Positions 24,959-38,454 of a stretch of 64,000 nucleotides of DNA are shown one piece after another (the first letter of the stretch is position 1; the number at the start of each line of letters is the position of its first letter). A program made the translations under genes and the position numbers. Source of the DNA: Gracilinanus agilis. Lineage: Eukaryota. The notes below the pieces were generated by a model, which saw only the letters and a list, made by a program, of their open reading frames with translations, was not told the origin of the DNA and did no database searches. The stretch spans positions 492,717,817 to 492,781,816 of the forward strand of contig NC_058130.1 in assembly GCF_016433145.1 (NCBI RefSeq), in the 5' to 3' direction.

Positions 24959-26107
24959 TAGACTTGGAACTAGAGAGAGCCTTAGAAGCCATCTATTCTA
25001 TTTCCTCCTTTCAGAGATGAGGAAAGTAAAGCCCAGTGAAGTAAAAATGATTTCTCTAACCTCAAACAGATGTGATTTCAACCAGGTTCTCTGAATTCTA
25101 GTACTCGTTCCACTACAAAGTGCTGCCCTTTCCCCTAAGTTCTGAATTCCTGCTTTCTCTCTAAACAGGTCTGTTTTTAGTTTCCAAAATGGTCAAAGTC
25201 GTCCTTGAAGTTACTGCCTTCCAGGGCATATTTAAATATATTATAGCCTTACACTGCCCTAGTTCTTAGCAGATTGGCGAACCTTTTACATACACTGCCA
25301 TGTTTTTGTTAGTAGAAATCACTGGTTGCAGTGACTGAAACCTCTCTCTACTCTACCTTTCACCATAGCTTCTTTGTTCCTGTGACTTCTGTTTCTGATT
25401 GTACTCTCCCCTTGCCCTATTGTGTCCACCTCACCCCAGTTAGACTACTGCTTCTCACAAGGTAAAGAAATGCAGATGATAGCCTTTTCGGATATTATCT
25501 TCCTAGCCTTTCTAAAGTCTGTGTTTTTATGGCTGAATTGCTTAATGGGTAAATAATAAAGGTGGAAGAATGGCATGCCCTTCCCCTATTGGAGTTAAAT
25601 AGTAGATTGTTGCTATGGTGATATCTCCTTCTCATCAACTATAATCTGGTTTTCCCTACCAATTGTATTGCTCTAAGACAAGCATAGTCTGAATTTTATT
25701 CATATTTATTTCCTTATAACACTTAAAAAGAATCTCATTTTTAAGATACCATTTTTTTACATATAGTCTTTTAGAGCTTAAGACCAGAGAGCTTAAAATA
25801 AAGTAATAACACATTATCATAAAAGACTGTATTATACTGAGTTTATTAAAGTGCTTGGCTCTCTTAACAAGGAATTTAAAGGGAATCACTTTCTGTTTCC
25901 CTTATTACAGAACATGGATCTTTTTTCCTTTAAATTTTCTTTTAGTAACCATGTTAACTTTTCTAAAAAACAAACACCATTAAACGCCAAAAATAAATAA
26001 ATAAATGAAAAAGGCTCAGTGGCTAAGTGACTTACTCATAGCACCTTATGATATTTAAATTTAGGTCTTTTTTGTCCTGAATGTTTTTTCTTATTTTAAA
26101 AGTATAT

Positions 26108-26275
26108 TGTGTGACACATGTAAAACCCAGTGGAATTGCTTGTTGGCTATGGGAGAGGGGTGGGAAGAGGGGAGAGAAAGAACATGAGTCATGTAACCCT
26201 GGAAAAACAATCTAAATTAATTAATTAGATGAAATTTTTTCAAGTTTAAAAAAAGTAATAAAAGGAAAGCATTTT
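26108..26275 (+). mobile_element. L1 3' end fragment
   Basis: catgtaaaacccagtggaattgcttg..catgtaacc..aattaattaa tail. Confidence 0.75.
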
Positions 26276-26284
26276 CAGGAGAAA

Positions 26285-28902
26285 ATTTTTTTTTTAATTT
26301 TCCCCCAAAATTACTTGTATAAACAATTTCTGACATTAAAAAAATTTTTTTTGTCTTGAATTCTCTCCTTTCCTCTCTTCCTCACCCCTAAGCTGAGTTG
26401 GTAAGCAATCTGATATAGATCTTACATGTGCAATCATGTAAAGCATTTTTCCATATTAATCCTGTTGTGGAAGAAAACATGAACAAAAATAATTAAGAAA
26501 GCCTACCCAAATTAATCTTATTCAGTGCCATACCTATCAAACTACCAAAAAACTTTTTTATAGAATTAGAAAAAGTTATAACAAGTTCATCTGGAAGAAA
26601 AAAAGGTCAAGAATATCAAGGTAAATAATTGGGAAAATATGTGAAAGATGGAGGCCTAGCAGTACCAGATATTAAATTGTACTTTAAAGGAGTGTTCATC
26701 AAAACAATATGATACAGAAGAATGAATCAGTGGAATAGACTAGGGGTAAATGACCTCACCAAGATAGTGTTTGATAAACCCAAAGATCCCAGCTTTGGGG
26801 ATAAGAACTCACTCTGACAAAAACTGCTGGGAAAATTGGAAAACAGTATGAGGACAATCAGGTTTAGATCTACATCTCACACCTTATACCAAGATAAATT
26901 CAAAATGGGTATATGACTTAAATATAAAGAGTGAAATCATAAATAAATTAGGGGAACATAAGAATAGTATACCTGTCAGATCTGTGGGAAAGGAAGAAAT
27001 TTAAGACAAAGCAAGAGATAGAGAACATTACAAAATGTAAAATGAATGATGTTGATTATTAAGGTTCTGTACAAACAAAACCAATACAACCAAAATTAGA
27101 AGGAAAGCAACAAACTGGAGAAAAAATTTTAGAACAGAACTCTCTGACAAAGGTTTAATTTCCCAAATATATAAGGAAAGAAGTCAAATTTTTCAAAAAA
27201 TCAAGCCATTCCCCAATCAACAAATGGTCAAGGGAAATGAATAGGCAGTTTTCACATGAAGAAATCAAAACTATCAATAAGCACATGAAAAAGTGTTGTA
27301 AATCCCTCTTGATTGGAGAAGTACAGATAAAAACAACTCTCACCTAGCAAATTGGCCAATATGGCAGCAAAGTAAAGTGATAATTGTTGGAGAGAATGTG
27401 GCAAAATTGGGACACTAATACACTGATGGTGGAGTTGTGAATTGGTCCAATCATTCTGGAGGGCAATTTGGAACCGGGCACAAAGGGCTTTAAAAATTTA
27501 AAAGACTGCCTGCCCTTTGATCTAGCCATACCACTGTTGGGTTTGTGCCCCAAAGAGATAATTAGGAAAAATACTTGTACAAAAATATTTATAGCTGTGC
27601 TGTTTGAGGTGGCAAAATGGAAAATGAGGGAGTGTCCTTCGATTGGGGAATGGCTGAACAAATTGTTGTATGGTGATGGAATATTATTGTGATGAAAGGA
27701 ATGATGAACTGGAGGAATTCCATGTGAATTGGAACAACTTCCATGAATTGATGCAGAGTGAAAGGAGAAGAACCAGGAGAACATTGTACACAGAGACTGA
27801 TATATTATGCACAATCAAATGTAATAGACTTTTCTACTAATAGCAATTCAACGACCCAGGACAATCCAGAGGAATTTATGAGAAAGAACACTATTCACAT
27901 CCAGAGAAAGAACTATGGAAACAGAAATGCAAAAGAAAAATATATGGTTGATCATATGGTTCGATGGGGATATGATTAAGGTTTTGGCTTCAAAGATCAC
28001 TTTATTGCAAATAAGAATAATATGGAAATAGGTTTTGAACTTCGATATATGTATGACCCAGTGGAATTGTTGTCAGCTCTAGGGAGGAGGGAAAAATCAT
28101 GAATCATGTAACCACAGAAAAATACCTTTAATTAATTAATTAGTTGGTTTTTAAAGATAATTAAGAAAGAAGGTGAAAAAAGTTTGCTTTGGTCTGGATT
28201 AGACTCCATCAGTTCTTTCTCTGGAAAAGATGGCATTTTTTTTTATCATGAGTCCTTTGGGATAATCTTGGATCATTGTATTTCTGAAAGTCACTAAGTT
28301 ACTTATAGCTATTCATTGTCCAGTCACTGTGTACCATGTTCTGTTCCTGCTTACCTCACCTTGCTTCAGTTCCAATAAGTCTTTCATGGTTTTTCTGAGC
28401 TCCTCCTGCTTGTCATTTTATACCACAAAAGTATTCCATTATGATAACATACTATAGCTTATTCATTCATTCCCCCTTTTGATGGGTATCCCCTCACTTT
28501 CCAATTCTTTGCCCCACAAAAAGAATTGCTTTAAATATTTTTAAACATACACAACCTCCCCTCCCCCCCTTTTTTTTAAATCTCTTTGGAATACAAATCT
28601 AGTAATAGTATTGCAGGGTCAAATGGTATGTACTATTTTATAGCTATTTGGGCATAGGTTCAAACAAATTGCTCTCCAAAATGGCTAGATCAGGTCACAA
28701 CTCCTAAGTGTCTTAATTTTCCCACATCCCATCTGAGTCTTGTTTTCTTTTTCTGTCTTAATAGCCAAACTGATAGATGTGGGGTGGTACTTCAGAATTG
28801 TTTTAATATTCATTTCTCTAATGTTTTAGAGCATTTTTCACATGACTATAGAGAGCATTAATTACTTTGCCTGAGAATTGCCTATTCATATCCTTTGACC
28901 AT
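26285..28902 (-). mobile_element. Older L1 (26285-26488 and 28170-28902) split by a + strand L1
   Basis: Reverse L1 3'UTR continues across the insert (gaacaaaaataattaagaaag|aaggtgaaaaaagtttgcttt). Confidence 0.75.
26502..28156 (+). mobile_element. 5'-truncated L1, about 1.65 kb (degraded ORF2 C-terminal half plus 3'UTR)
   Basis: ORF2 remnants (..PFDLAIPLLGLCPKEI..CTKIFIAVLF..CPSIGEWLNKL); 13-bp TSD ataattaagaaag at 26489-26501 and 28157-28169. Confidence 0.9.
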
Positions 28903-28951
28903 AGAACATGGACATTGTGCCAAATGTTCTCTTTCATTAAAAGCTGAGTTA

Positions 28952-29199
28952 GGAGACAGTTAGGTGACAGTGGATTGAGAACCAGGCAAGCAGAAAAATC
29001 AGAACATAGCATAGAGAGAACCAGGCATAGCAGGGGAAATCCTGGATTCAAATCTAGCTTCAGAGGCTTCCTAGTGTATGACTTTGGGCAAGTCATTATT
29101 CTCCACCCCACAGAATTGCCCAGCCCTAAGGATTCTTCTTCTTTGGAACCAATACACAGTACTGATTCTAAGACCAAAGGTAAGAGTTAAAAAAAAAAC
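28952..29199 (+). mobile_element. Diverged SINE1_Mdo-like element with a small internal duplication
   Basis: gagaaccaggca occurs twice; 3' end ggaaccaatacacagtactgattctaagaccaaaggtaagagttaaaa. Confidence 0.75.
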
Positions 29200-29233
29200 T
29201 GAGCTGAGTGACAGAAACCAAAATTTCCATATT

Positions 29234-29490
29234 GGGAGGTTAGCAACCTTTGGTATGCATGCTAGAGGGTACACATGAAACCATCCTGCCCCTTTCTAGC
29301 CAGCCAACCCAATGTCTCATTTGACTCCCTCCTGAGAGTCCCTGCAATTCTTCCCCTAACCCCCTTCCTAGAGCCCCTGGCTTTCTTTCCACTTTATTCT
29401 TATGACTTGCCCTTGCTGCCACCTATTCACAAGTGGCATAATGAAAGCCAATCCCATTGCATGCACTAGTTCAGAAAGTTACTACTTCCC
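29234..29490. mobile_element. Possible decayed hAT-type MITE
   Basis: Imperfect inverted ends gggaggttagcaacct / aagttactacttccc; hAT-like subterminal ggtatgcatgc; no TSD found. Confidence 0.3.
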
Positions 29491-29720
29491 ACTCCTAGCC
29501 CTATTTAAATATATTTAAAATTGAAATACTTATACCTATAATACTTACTATAAATACTTACCTATAGTTTATAGGGCTTAAAATTTTTTTTCAACAAAAC
29601 ATTAAAGTACAGTAACAATTGAGAAAATATTTTGCTTTGTTGGGCTATTTGAAACACAGTTGGGAAGTATTTTCATTATTTGATGCTCGCTAGTAAGTTG
29701 TAACATGTTAAAATCACAGA

Positions 29721-29855
29721 AGACACTTCCTAACTGTGTGACCCTGAGCAAGTCATTTATCCACCATTGCTTGCCTCTTCCTGCTCTTCTGCTTAAGAAC
29801 TAATAGATAGTATTGCTTCTAAGATGGAAGGTTAGTGTTTAAACAAAACAAAAAA
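29721..29855 (+). mobile_element. 5'-truncated SINE1_Mdo-like
   Basis: agacacttcctaactgtgtgaccctgagcaagtca..ctaagatggaaggttagtgtttaaa plus A-tail. Confidence 0.7.
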
Positions 29856-30043
29856 ACACAAAAGAAAATATAACCTAAAGATTAGATTAGTATATTAGGA
29901 ATATCAGTCCTTTTCTGGACATTGGTATTAATCCTTTGGCAAGTCATTTAAGGCCACATTTAATTTAGAAATGTCAAGTTTTTGATGTGTTAATCATTCA
30001 TTTTTAAATACATATGTTTGCATATGTATATAATATAAATAAC

Positions 30044-30292
30044 AGGCAAGCCAGGTAGTACAATAGACAGAGTGCTAGGTCTGTAGTCAGGAAGATGTGT
30101 GTCTCGAGTCCAAATCTGGCATCAGACATTCACTTTGTGGCCCTAGGCAAGTCACTTAACCTTGTTCACCTCAGTTTCCTCACATGTGAAATGAATTGGA
30201 GAAGAAAATTGCAAACTACTCCAGTATTTTTGCCAAGAAAACCCCAAAAGTGGTCAAAAAGAGTCAGACATGACTAAAAAGATTGAATAAAT
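30044..30292 (+). mobile_element. MAR1-type SINE
   Basis: CORE plus ggagaagaaaattgcaaactactccagtatttttgccaagaaaacccc..gagtcagacatgact tail. Confidence 0.85.
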
Positions 30293-31789
30293 ACAAAAAT
30301 ATATGTGTCCCACCCTTACTTACCACTCTTCCACCTAGGAGTCAATACACAGAAGTTAAGGGTTAAGAAAAAAAACTAAAAAAAAATATGACTGTCTTAA
30401 AATATTAATGTGCTTGGTTGCCTCAATGTATTCCTATCTGTAATATTTATTCATTGAATTTACTTAATGCTGTGCTTATGCCCCAGTTTTTTTTTTATCT
30501 TAGAGCTAGTTCAGATTATAAATAATAATAGCATAAGGATTGTTTTATTCCTTTTCACAATAATGCTATAACATGGGCACCAGCCAAATAAATTTTGCAA
30601 ATATTATATGAAGTACTTCCTTAACGGGGAAAGTTAAAAGCACTCGGGTGATCATTACAGAAGAGGGTTGCTACATGGCCAAAGCATCCATATCTAGGAA
30701 TTCATTTTGCCTTGGAATATATTCCAACACCACTTGTTCTGGGACTCAGTTGGATCTCTGTAGATTCAGAGCCAGTGGGAAAAAAGCTACTGGAAGCTGT
30801 CTACATCTATGGGGAGTGGGAAAATTGGGAGAGGGAATGTCTTGTGCAAGAAACATTAGGAGGGACAAGATTATGAAGTACTTTCAAGTGCCAAACAAGG
30901 GAGTGTATATTTGTTCCAGTAGGTAATTGTAGTTCATTGAGAATGTAGGGGGAACAAGGGAGGTAAGGTGGTTGACATGGTCAGAAATATGCTTTAGAAA
31001 AACCACCTCCACAGAGGAGAGGAACAGTTGGGGAGAAGAGAGACTTGAAGCAGGAAGACCAGTCAGAAGAGTAGTATAGTCCCCTTTATGGGTTTTATGC
31101 CATTTCTGAGGCAGGAGGGCATCTTCAAAGGTCCAGGCATAACCAGACAGAATTTGCCAAAATTTTATCCATCTTCACAGATTGCATGGAAACTTGAGCG
31201 GCATTTCAGGGCATAGCTTAGATAAAGGGTGGGGGTACAGCAATAACATGCCTTTGCACTATTATTGTGGGTTGAATTCTGGAACCAGAACTACAGTTTT
31301 TGGCCCCTTACCTTAAGGAAAAAGCCACATATGCCTAGGAAATATTAGTTGAATTGCTATAGCCATCATAACCCGGAGAAGGAGGAAGAGGCATGAATTT
31401 AGGGTTATGTTTGTCTGTTTTAATGAAGTATTTCTTGTTTGAGAATTGATTTCCACAAAACATTTTGAATTCCTTGTTGAACTGTTTGGATTATCCTTAC
31501 TGAATACTCTTTGCATTGCTACTCTTTTATGTAATCCAGCTGTTATTATTCTCACTTTGGTATTATTCCCATGACAATTTCTTGACCCATGTTTGTAAAT
31601 GTTTAACCACTTCTTTTAGAGATAAGCATATTACAGTGGTAAGGGAGACATTTCCCAATGAGTTGTGAAGCCTTTGTAAATTAGACTGAATAAATCTTAA
31701 AAGCTGGATTAAGGAAGAATATTAATAATTTCCTGTCCCGAAAGTAAAATTTTTCTTACACAAAAGTATTTTTAAGCCAAAAAAGCTAA

Positions 31790-32340
31790 TATAATTTTGA
31801 GCTGCACAAATACCAAGAATGGTAAAAGACGATCCTACATTACTCTGCCCTCGCTAGATCTCACCTAGAATATGATGTTGAATTATGGGTACCACATTTA
31901 AAGTAGGACATCAATAAATTCTGGAGAATGTCCAGAGAGCAGTGAGAATGGTGAAATGGCCTAGAGTTCATATCATAGGATCAGTTGAAGGAACAAGGGA
32001 TATTTAATCTGGAAGAGGCTAAGGAACAGGATGATAGCTATCACCAAGTATTAGAGTGACTGACTTATGAGAGAAGAAATTAGACTTGTTCTGTTTGACT
32101 CCACAAGTAGAAGTTGCAGAGTACAATTTGGGTTTAATGTTAAGAAAAACTTTTTAGTCATTAGAGCTGTCCCAAAATGGCATGGATTATCTAAAGACGA
32201 GGTAAATTCCTCCTCCTTAGAAACCTTCAAGCAGAGATTGAATGACTACTTGTCAGGTATGATACAGTGATCATTCCTTTTGGGTATGATTTAGAAAAGA
32301 TGACCCCTGAGACCTATTCCAACTCTAAAATTCTGTAATC
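31790..32340 (+). mobile_element. L3/CR1 3' region
   Basis: ggagaatgtccagagagc..ttagagctgtcccaaaatgg..ccttcaagcagagattgaatgac..ccaactctaaaattctg. Confidence 0.75.
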
Positions 32341-34321
32341 CTTTGCATTACAGCAGGAGACCCAAATAGTTCATTCAGACAAGAATATGGCACCTTATTG
32401 ATTAAAAAAAAAATAAGCAATTAACTTTGTATAGCCAGTTGGACTCTTTCTTTTCATCTGTGCCCAGATGAACTAAATAAATTCAAGAGGCAAAATCTGG
32501 AATAGCAACAGTGAATTTGCCATTATATCTCAAATCTGAATACTTCCTAATAGTCAGATTAGAATTAGTGTCTGAACAACAGTGGTAAAACTACTAATAA
32601 AAACAGTATCACCTGTAATCCAATCTGACCAGATTTGTAGAACATTCATTTACCAATTCTCTATCAGCGATTCGGCCTATTACAAACTGTCCTTTACCTT
32701 GTAAATGGAACTTTTCAAGCACTTAGAAAAAAACAATCTTGCAAGTTAAGGAGGAAAATTGCTGTATCTTGATAAGTTTTAATGAGCAAAGCCTGTATAA
32801 CTTTTCCCTACTAATCTAGAAAATACGCCCCAAAAAAGTGTGTTATTTGGATACTCAGAGGCCAAGTCTGTGTAGCAAAACAAAGGTGAGATTTGGCAAC
32901 CTTGGAGTGAATTTAAGACAACACAAATAATGAGTATGGCTAACTTGTGTCACAAAAAAGCAAGAAATTCCTGTTTTATTTATTTCTAGCTGCATAAGCC
33001 AGCCTGCCAAATGACTGGAAAAATCTGCCCATACTTTAATCTTTCCATAGGCAAAATGAGAATTCTGATGCCTGTCACTAACAACAACAGAGATAATTAC
33101 CTATACAGCATTTTGAGGTCATTATTCAAAATATTAGGTTTTTTTAAATGTACTTTGTTAAAAGCCAAAATTTAGTGCATATTCAACAATGTGTTAGTAT
33201 TTGTTGCTGTGTTGTGAGAGTTAATGAAGTATCATCTGGAAATTGGTATTTTAACTTTACTGATTTATTTACATTGTTGATCTAGCCTACCTTCTCCACC
33301 AACCAACTTTTCTCTTCAACCATATTATCCCTTCTCAGACTAAGAACTAGATTTCTTGTCAAACAGAAAATTACTGGAAATGTTCGAACTAGGAAGAAAA
33401 AACTTTTTAAAAAAGGAAATACAATAATTCACTATAAAAATAGTCTTGAAGAAAAGTATTTCTGAAAACACCTGCTTCCAGTGTCTTCAAAAGCTGAAAT
33501 GGAGATGACTTTTTGATGCTCTTCAAGGCATCTTATAAGGGAGCTATTGGTTGTTACGGAAATTGAAGGAATTGTCTCAAAGTATTATTGAACTGTAAGT
33601 CTAGTGCTCTACATATTCCCAGAAACTTGAGTTAGAAGTCACAGAAGTCTTAATGGTTTTCTTTTCCCACATTTCATGGCTTTCTGGCTGCCCTTATAGG
33701 CTCATATTGACAGAACACTACTGTTGTTAATAGCTCACAGGGGCAAGTTCTGCTTACACGTATCCCTGCCAGTTTACTACTACTAGAGCAATGATAATCA
33801 CTATGTGATTCTAGAGGATAGAATTCATGATTCTACCTCTGCCTTTTTAGCAGTAAAATAAGTAGAATGAGGGGAAGGGCAGCAGAATTATTATGCCAGT
33901 AAATGTGGCATAAATATACACAAAGCTTGCTTTTAGGCCAAAGCACAATTTGATTATGTTAAAAAAAAAAAAAAAAGGTGATGCCTCCATTTTCCATGTT
34001 TCTCTTCATAGAGATGTCCAGTTTAAATATAGCCTACTACCACAACTTGCCCAGAATAAAAATAGCCTAGAATGAAATTACAACAAATGGCAGTGAGAGG
34101 GACTCATTGCCAAAGGACAGCTAACAGATGGGAAAAGATAGCTTTGAGGTAGGTAGATGTTAAAGGCTGGAAAAATAATAGTAGATAGGACATCCTGGGT
34201 TCCTGCCATATAGTAAAATTCATAAGTCAACAAAAGAGCACCAGAGCTCAAGAGAAGAATGGAAAAATTAGGCAAGAGTAAGTAGCCAGAATCTGAATAA
34301 ATGTTAAATTATTATTTGAGA

Positions 34322-34640
34322 TAAATTCAGTAAGCATTTATTTAGTACCTACTATGTACCAGGCATTGTGCTAGGTCCTAGGGATACAGAGAAGTGGAGG
34401 GGGGAAGGAAAAAAATCCTATCCTCAAGTAGTTTGTATTCAGTTTTTTCTTGGTATAACAGACAAGGAAATGCAGAACAGTTTGACTATTGAGAGAAAAT
34501 AAGAGAATCAAGGAAGGTTTCATTTTAGGAGATAGTACCTGAGTTGAGCCTTTAAGGAAGATAAGTATTCTAAGTTAGAGGAAAAGAGGGAGAAAATTCC
34601 AGGCATTTGGACAGTTTGTATGAAGGCACCAAGGCAAACA
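34322..34640 (-). mobile_element. L2 3' end
   Basis: aagcatttatttagtacctactatgtaccaggcattgtgctagg. Confidence 0.7.
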
Positions 34641-34994
34641 CTATACATTTGATTATTATCCTGGCATAAAAAATAAAGAATACATATTTATTAGGCAAAT
34701 GCTACTTTGTTATAATGGGAGAAGTATATATTAATAGTATTATATACATATGTATATATATATATATATATTTTTTTTTTTGCTGGAAATAAGTATAATA
34801 GTCTATGGAATAGTGAAGTGCTTCATACAATAATGTAGTTCTACCATGAAGCTTTTTAAAAACAAGGTTAGATTTTTTGACAAATTTCCCCAAAGAAACT
34901 AGGATTTTTGCTTAGAGTTCATGTTAATTCATTAATTCCTGAAGACATTTTTTTCACTAAGTTTCTTCCAGTATGTATCAACAAGACCCAGCTT

Positions 34995-35236
34995 TCATGT
35001 TCAGTCTTTTTTCAGTTGTGTCCAACTCTTCTTGGCCCCATTTGGGGTTTTCTTAGCAAAGATACTGAAGTGGCTTGCCATTTCCTTCTCCATATTCATT
35101 TTATAGATGAGGGACTGGGGCAACAGAATTAAATGACTTGCCCAGGGTCACACAGCTAATAAGTGTCTGGGGTCAAATTCAAACCCAGAAAGTTGAGTCT
35201 TCCTTGGTCCAGGTCCAGCAAATCTATCTGTGCCAT
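34995..35236 (-). mobile_element. MAR1-type SINE
   Basis: ggggttttcttagcaaagatactgaagtggcttgccatttccttctcc plus CORE in reverse. Confidence 0.85.
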
Positions 35237-35248
35237 TTTTATCACTGA

Positions 35249-35266
35249 GTGTGTGTGCGTGTGTGC

Positions 35267-35327
<61 letters not shown>
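35249..35327. repeat. Compound (TG)n(TA)8(CA)12 microsatellite forming a palindrome
   Basis: Read directly; perfect 58-bp inverted repeat at 35267-35324. Confidence 0.95.
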
Positions 35328-38300
35328 TAAAATTTAAATTTCTCTAATATGAAACAAAAAGATCCAGCTTTGCCAAAAAGGTATAACATGACTTCAGAAA
35401 TCTAGGAATACTAATTTTCTTTCTTTGGAGGGTGGGAAGTGTCTAGACTTGTAATTTCAACTGTTGAGAGAATTCTTAGTAAGGAAATTCCTTCTAACAA
35501 TGTAGATCAATAACTACTCTGCAATTTAAGAGTATCATAAATTTGCCTGGGACAGAGAAAAATTAAGACCAAGAGTAAGGAAGACTTAAGTTCAGATTAA
35601 CATAATTATTGGCTCAGTGACCCCTTGGCAAGTCATGTAATCACTATCTACTTCAGCTTTTTTACCTGTAAAATAGGGACAAGAATAGTGCCTGCTTTCC
35701 AAAGTTATTGTGAATATCAAATGAATGCTAGCTTATTATTAAATGCTAACTCTTAAGTGACATGCTGGTCTCACAGATAGTACTACTATCAGAGTTGGGA
35801 AATTACAAATTTCAAATAGCAATTACAATTTGTGGACACATGAATATTTTATTTTAGCATTAATATTTGTGAGACTTAAGACTAAAAACAAAAAAACCTG
35901 TATTCTACAGCCATTTTTTGAATGGCAAAAGGGACTTTGTTACCAGGAGTAATGTCTCTATAAAATAACAGCTAAGCATCCAAAGCAAATTTCCCAGTCA
36001 GTCCTTCTCATTCATGTTTTTGAAATGTCACAGGAAATAGGCACAGCAGCAATATACTTTGAAGTGTTAAATAAAAGTAGCTTGCTATTCCTCAGAGCTC
36101 TGCTGAAAATGCAAGGAAAGACTGTCCACAAAGTAAGCAGCAGCTTCTAAGCTTTAGGAAGACTTTTTTCATAATTAGCTTATTATTATGAAATATATTT
36201 ACAAAAATCAATAATGAGAAATAACTTGTGTTACTTCACAAAAAGATTATTTTAATTTCAAAAAGTTCAAATGTTACAGGCAGCTATGTCATGATTCTTA
36301 TAGTGATGGTGGCACATTGCTCCTTGGTTGACTGGTGCCAAATTATTTGATCTCATTTAGAGATTCCATAATTGCCACACTGCATTCATTACTATTATTT
36401 GGAATGATTTAATTGTATGTTTCATTTTAGTTAGACTTTGAGTTGAACTTTGTTTTTTATTGGGGGAAAGTGAATTTGTTTGTCAAGAAGTTGTTCTAGA
36501 AAATCTTAAATAATTCTGGACTTTCCTTTCTCTTGGAAAAACTCTACCATGAAAGGAAAGCAAATTATTATCACAAACTGTAGTATTTACTCCTCTTACC
36601 ACTCAAAATTTATTTGCCATCTCTTTCAACCTAACTCCTCAGAAAATCTTATGTAGGAATTTTTGCAAAATTTTCTCATTTATTGGGATCTTAGAATCAC
36701 AGGGATAGAAAGGACCTCCATAGTCATCTTCTCCAATTCTTTCAGATGAGGAAACTCAGGCTCATGGAAGCTGTAACTTACCCACTTTCACTAGGTTAAT
36801 GATGGCAGAGCTGGGATTTGAGTCCAAACACCAAATTCCAAATCCAATGCTCTTTCTAGTTTCCTTGCTGTCTCTTTTATTGGCTCATACCCTCTCTATC
36901 TTCTGGATATTTCACTAAAGCACAATCTACTATGCAGATCCTTTGGCCAGTTCCTTTATGAATGAGAGAAAATAATGCCTCTTTCATCTTCACCTTTTCC
37001 TTCTCACTCATGCTTCCAGGTAGGCCTACCCGCCCTTAGCTGTTTAGTACCAACCAAGCCTGGTTGACAACCAAAGGGCCAGTAGAAACTGGACACCATT
37101 TTCTATCTTTAGGTAGGCATCTAGTCAACTTCCAACTACAGGGCAATGTGTTAATGTCCCTGTTTGGCCTCTCATCCAGGAGTAGATCCTACAATCTGCA
37201 TGTCTTCATTCTAATTTACCATATCAATATATTCTCCTTTTTCCTTTTTCTCTAAAAACTTCATGTTTCCTCCCAACATCAAATATCTTTCAGTGCTCTT
37301 TTGATCCTTGGCAGTGCCTTTGACTTTTAATTCTTTTTCTTTCATATTCCACTGTTATCCCACTTTTGACCCTTTTCACCTCCTACCTCCCTAGAGACTA
37401 CTTTAATAGCTTCCTCTCTTCTTGCTTCTAGGAGCCAGTATTGCCATCATTAATCTTCCCCAAATACCATTTTGATGCTTCTAAATTGAGTAAAGAAAAT
37501 GAACCCCTCTTCCCATGCATAGTGATCTTCAGTGTTTCCTTCTAGGATAAAATTAATGAAAGAGCTAAATCATTTTTAGATATTTATTTTGTCATGCAAG
37601 ATCATTTCCTGCTGCTGTTCTGGTCTAATCTCAGAAAAACATAAAAGAGTAACTTCAGGTATACTTTTGTCAGTTGCTGACCATGACAGCCTACAAGGGG
37701 AATAATACAGTTTTATTTCATGAGAAATAGGAGAGAGGGTGTGGCATAGAGAGGGAAACACATAGGTAAATAATAGTATTTACATTCCAAATACAGTCAT
37801 AGGACTTAAAGAAAACCATCATAGATTAATATATGCCAAGGAAAGGGAAGATGGTGGCAAGTAAAATCTTCAGCAATAAGAATACTTGTAAAGAATTCTT
37901 AATGATGAAATGATTGATTTTTCTTAAACTGAGGCAGAAATATTTCTCATCTCATGAAGGTAAGGGAAAAATTCTGGATATTTTGACATCATACTGACAG
38001 GTTAGGCCTTTTTTTCCTGGTATTACTAACAGCAGAGAAACAAGTAGGATTTGATTCAAGTCAGTAAGCATTTTGCTGAGAGTTCACTTTGTAATTATTG
38101 CATTATGCTGAGGACTGAAAATACAAAGATGAAATAAGAAATAATCCCTCCTCTGAAGGAACTTGCAATCTTGAGAGGAATTTACATCTCATAGTACCAA
38201 CTATTACTTCTTTTTCCATTTCATATTCTACAATAGTATTTGGGGCCCCAGATCATATGTGCTGCTGCCCCCTACCCCCTTCCCCAGTTAAGGGCTCTGC

Positions 38301-38454
38301 AATTCAGGACAGGAAAGCTTTCTCTAGCAGCTTCAAGAATAATTAACAATAACAATAACACCAACAACAATAACTAAATTTATATAGTGCTTAACTTGCA
38401 AAGATTTCCAAAGCACTCTTTATCCTAACAGCCGCACTGTGAAGATAGGTACTT

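Noticed and set aside
27344-27814. 156-aa minus-strand ORF
   Set aside because: Antisense frame of a degraded L1 ORF2 C-terminus
31080-33330. Repeat-poor unique stretches (also about 42300-42950 and 48100-48800) as conserved enhancers
   Set aside because: Conservation and chromatin data cannot be inferred from one sequence
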